From: the human T2T-CHM13v2.0 reference genome, Homo sapiens
Length of the DNA stretch: 64,000 nucleotides
Assembly: GCF_009914755.1 (NCBI RefSeq)
Contig: NC_060929.1
Reading direction: 5' to 3' (one strand)
The stretch's first letter is position 1. Each line of letters starts with the position of its first letter. Positions 62,282-64,000 of this stretch are shown in pieces. A model generated the notes under the pieces. The model did no database searches. It was not told the origin of the DNA and worked only from the letters and a program-made list of their open reading frames with translations. Both the position numbers and the translations under genes were made by a program.

Positions 62282-63366
62282 ACAAATTCCATTTTCTTTC
62301 TTGTATCCGTGTGTTTTTTAACAGTCTTCCAACTCTCTTCTCCTAAGGATCATCTTCCTCATATTCTATCTCCTCAAATTACCAATATAAATCTATTTAT
62401 TCTTTAATGTTCCTTTATCATCTCTCTTTGCATTCCATCTCTACTCCCATGTCCAATTTCTCTCCATGGGAAGCTGTTCTTCTCTGCACGTCCTAGCACT
62501 TATTTCTGCAACTCTTTGATAAATTTATAATGTTTTGCTCTCTTCCACTTCTTTTGTTGATTCCTTTTTTTCATGTCTTGTCACTTCAGACTGTAAGAAT
62601 GCTGAACACATTCTTTTACTGTTTTATACTTATCTGTGTACCATACGGTGCTCAGAGTTGTTGGTTGATTAATTAGATGCATGTAGTTCACTGAGACACA
62701 ATAATATCTCTTGGATTTATACAAGTAATAAACAAGTAGGGACTATGAAATAAGTTTTCTGCTCTGCATGGACCTAACTCCAAGTATCACAATAAAGTAG
62801 AATTTGGGTGGTTTATAAAAAGATCAGATGCCAGACAGAGAATTTAAGTGTTGCATATGTAATGCAAAATAATCAATGCAAATGGATGACTAACAGCAAG
62901 ATGTTGACTATTATAGGAAACTGTTCACTGGCTGTAAATCATACTCTAGGAAAACCACCGCAAATCCTTTTCAAAATACCCATCTATATCTAAGAGGCAA
63001 ACCATCAAAAAGCAAGAAAGCTTAGAAAATGTCATGACGGGAGGTACAAGAAGGGGAAAATGTGCAAGAAATGTTTTTCATAATAAAAAGGTCTTAAGAG
63101 AAATGAAGTCTCTGTTTTGTACTATTTTATAGAAAGTGTTATACAATCAATTATGATGCAAAGTATTGGGGAAACAGGAGTCAAAATAATTATTTTTTAA
63201 AAATGTATTTTTGTAGTTCTATACATTTTGCTCTTGTATTGAAAACCTGAAGATATAGTCATCCCTATCACAGTATAAAACAGTATGCAAAGGACCTTCC
63301 CTGAACCAACAGTATAGATGAAATTAAAACAAACATAAACAAAGTCAGGTAAAAGTTAACAATGGA

Positions 63367-63620
63367 TTTTTTTCTTTTTTTTTTTCGATACAGAGTCTTG
63401 CTCTGTCGCCCATGCTGGAGTGCGGTGGCCGATCTCGGCTCACTGCAACCTCTGCTTCCCGGGTTCAAGCGATTCTCCTGTCTCAGCCACCTGAGTAGCT
63501 GAGATTACAGGCATGTGCCACTGTGCCTGGCGAGTTTTTGTATTTTTAGTAGAGACAAGGGGTTTTGCCATGTTGGCCAGGCTGGTCTCAAACTCCTGAC
63601 CTCAGGTGATCCGCCTGCCT
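63367..63620 (-). mobile_element. Alu (AluS), 5'-truncated
   Basis: Antisense Alu ending at 'caggtgatccgcctgcct'. Confidence 0.92.
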
Positions 63621-63765
63621 TTTATGTTGACACAGTTATAAGTCCATGTCTATAATGTGGAGATGAAATACTATTTAACTAAAAGAAGTATGCCATACAC
63701 AAGATTGCCCATTTGGTCACAGAGTTTGATCGCCCAAGCAGACTGATAAAGCAAAACAACTCATT

Positions 63766-64000
63766 CTTTTCGCAAGAGGTTTGCTGTCAGAACACAGATG
63801 TCATGAAAACCACCCCTAAAACCAAAGTGGGAAACAAAAAGACTCATATCAATATCGTTGTCATTGGACATGTAGATTTGGGCAAGTACACCGCTACTGG
63901 CCATCTGACCTACAAATGTGGTGGAATCAACGAAAGAACCATTGAAAATATTGAGAATGAGGCCACTGAGATGAGAAAGAACTCCTTCAAGTATGCCTGG
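63766..64000 (+). pseudogene. EEF1A1P20: 5' part of a processed EEF1A1 pseudogene (runs off the window)
   Basis: 5' UTR 'cttttcgcaagaggtttgctgtcagaacacag|atgtcatgaaaaccacccctaaaaccaaa' matches spliced EEF1A1 exon1/exon2. 63827-64000 translates (V)[57 protein letters not shown] versus EEF1A1 [58 protein letters not shown]; start ATG is now GTG. The P20 number is from memory and is unverified. Confidence 0.95.

Overview
AT-rich primate DNA, almost certainly human because it carries two AluYa5 elements. It looks like gene desert: I found no intact protein-coding gene, RNA gene or CRISPR array. It contains a full-length processed CRLF3 pseudogene (- strand, ~11470-14052) and the 5' end of a processed EEF1A1 pseudogene (+ strand, 63766 to the window end). 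From memory this pairing fits CRLF3P2/EEF1A1P20 at 5q21.1, which I have not verified. The rest is mostly transposons: about 16 Alus/Alu fragments, a 3.8 kb 5'-truncated L1PA, old L1M/L2/MIR fragments, ERV1/ERVL/MaLR solo LTRs, hAT DNA elements and a HERV9 pol remnant. The most notable structures are: (1) a rearranged HERV9 remnant at 51.5-54.3 kb, with pol fused through an AT-rich tandem/palindromic array to an inverted LTR12 end; (2) a fold-back Alu just upstream of it; (3) two near-identical AluYa5 copies inverted 4.5 kb apart; (4) two MER52 LTRs forming a ~1.5 kb-arm inverted repeat beside the CRLF3 retrocopy. I see no evidence of a new biological system here; the findings are structural and evolutionary. 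Repeat subfamily names are from recall of consensus sequences and need RepeatMasker/Dfam confirmation.
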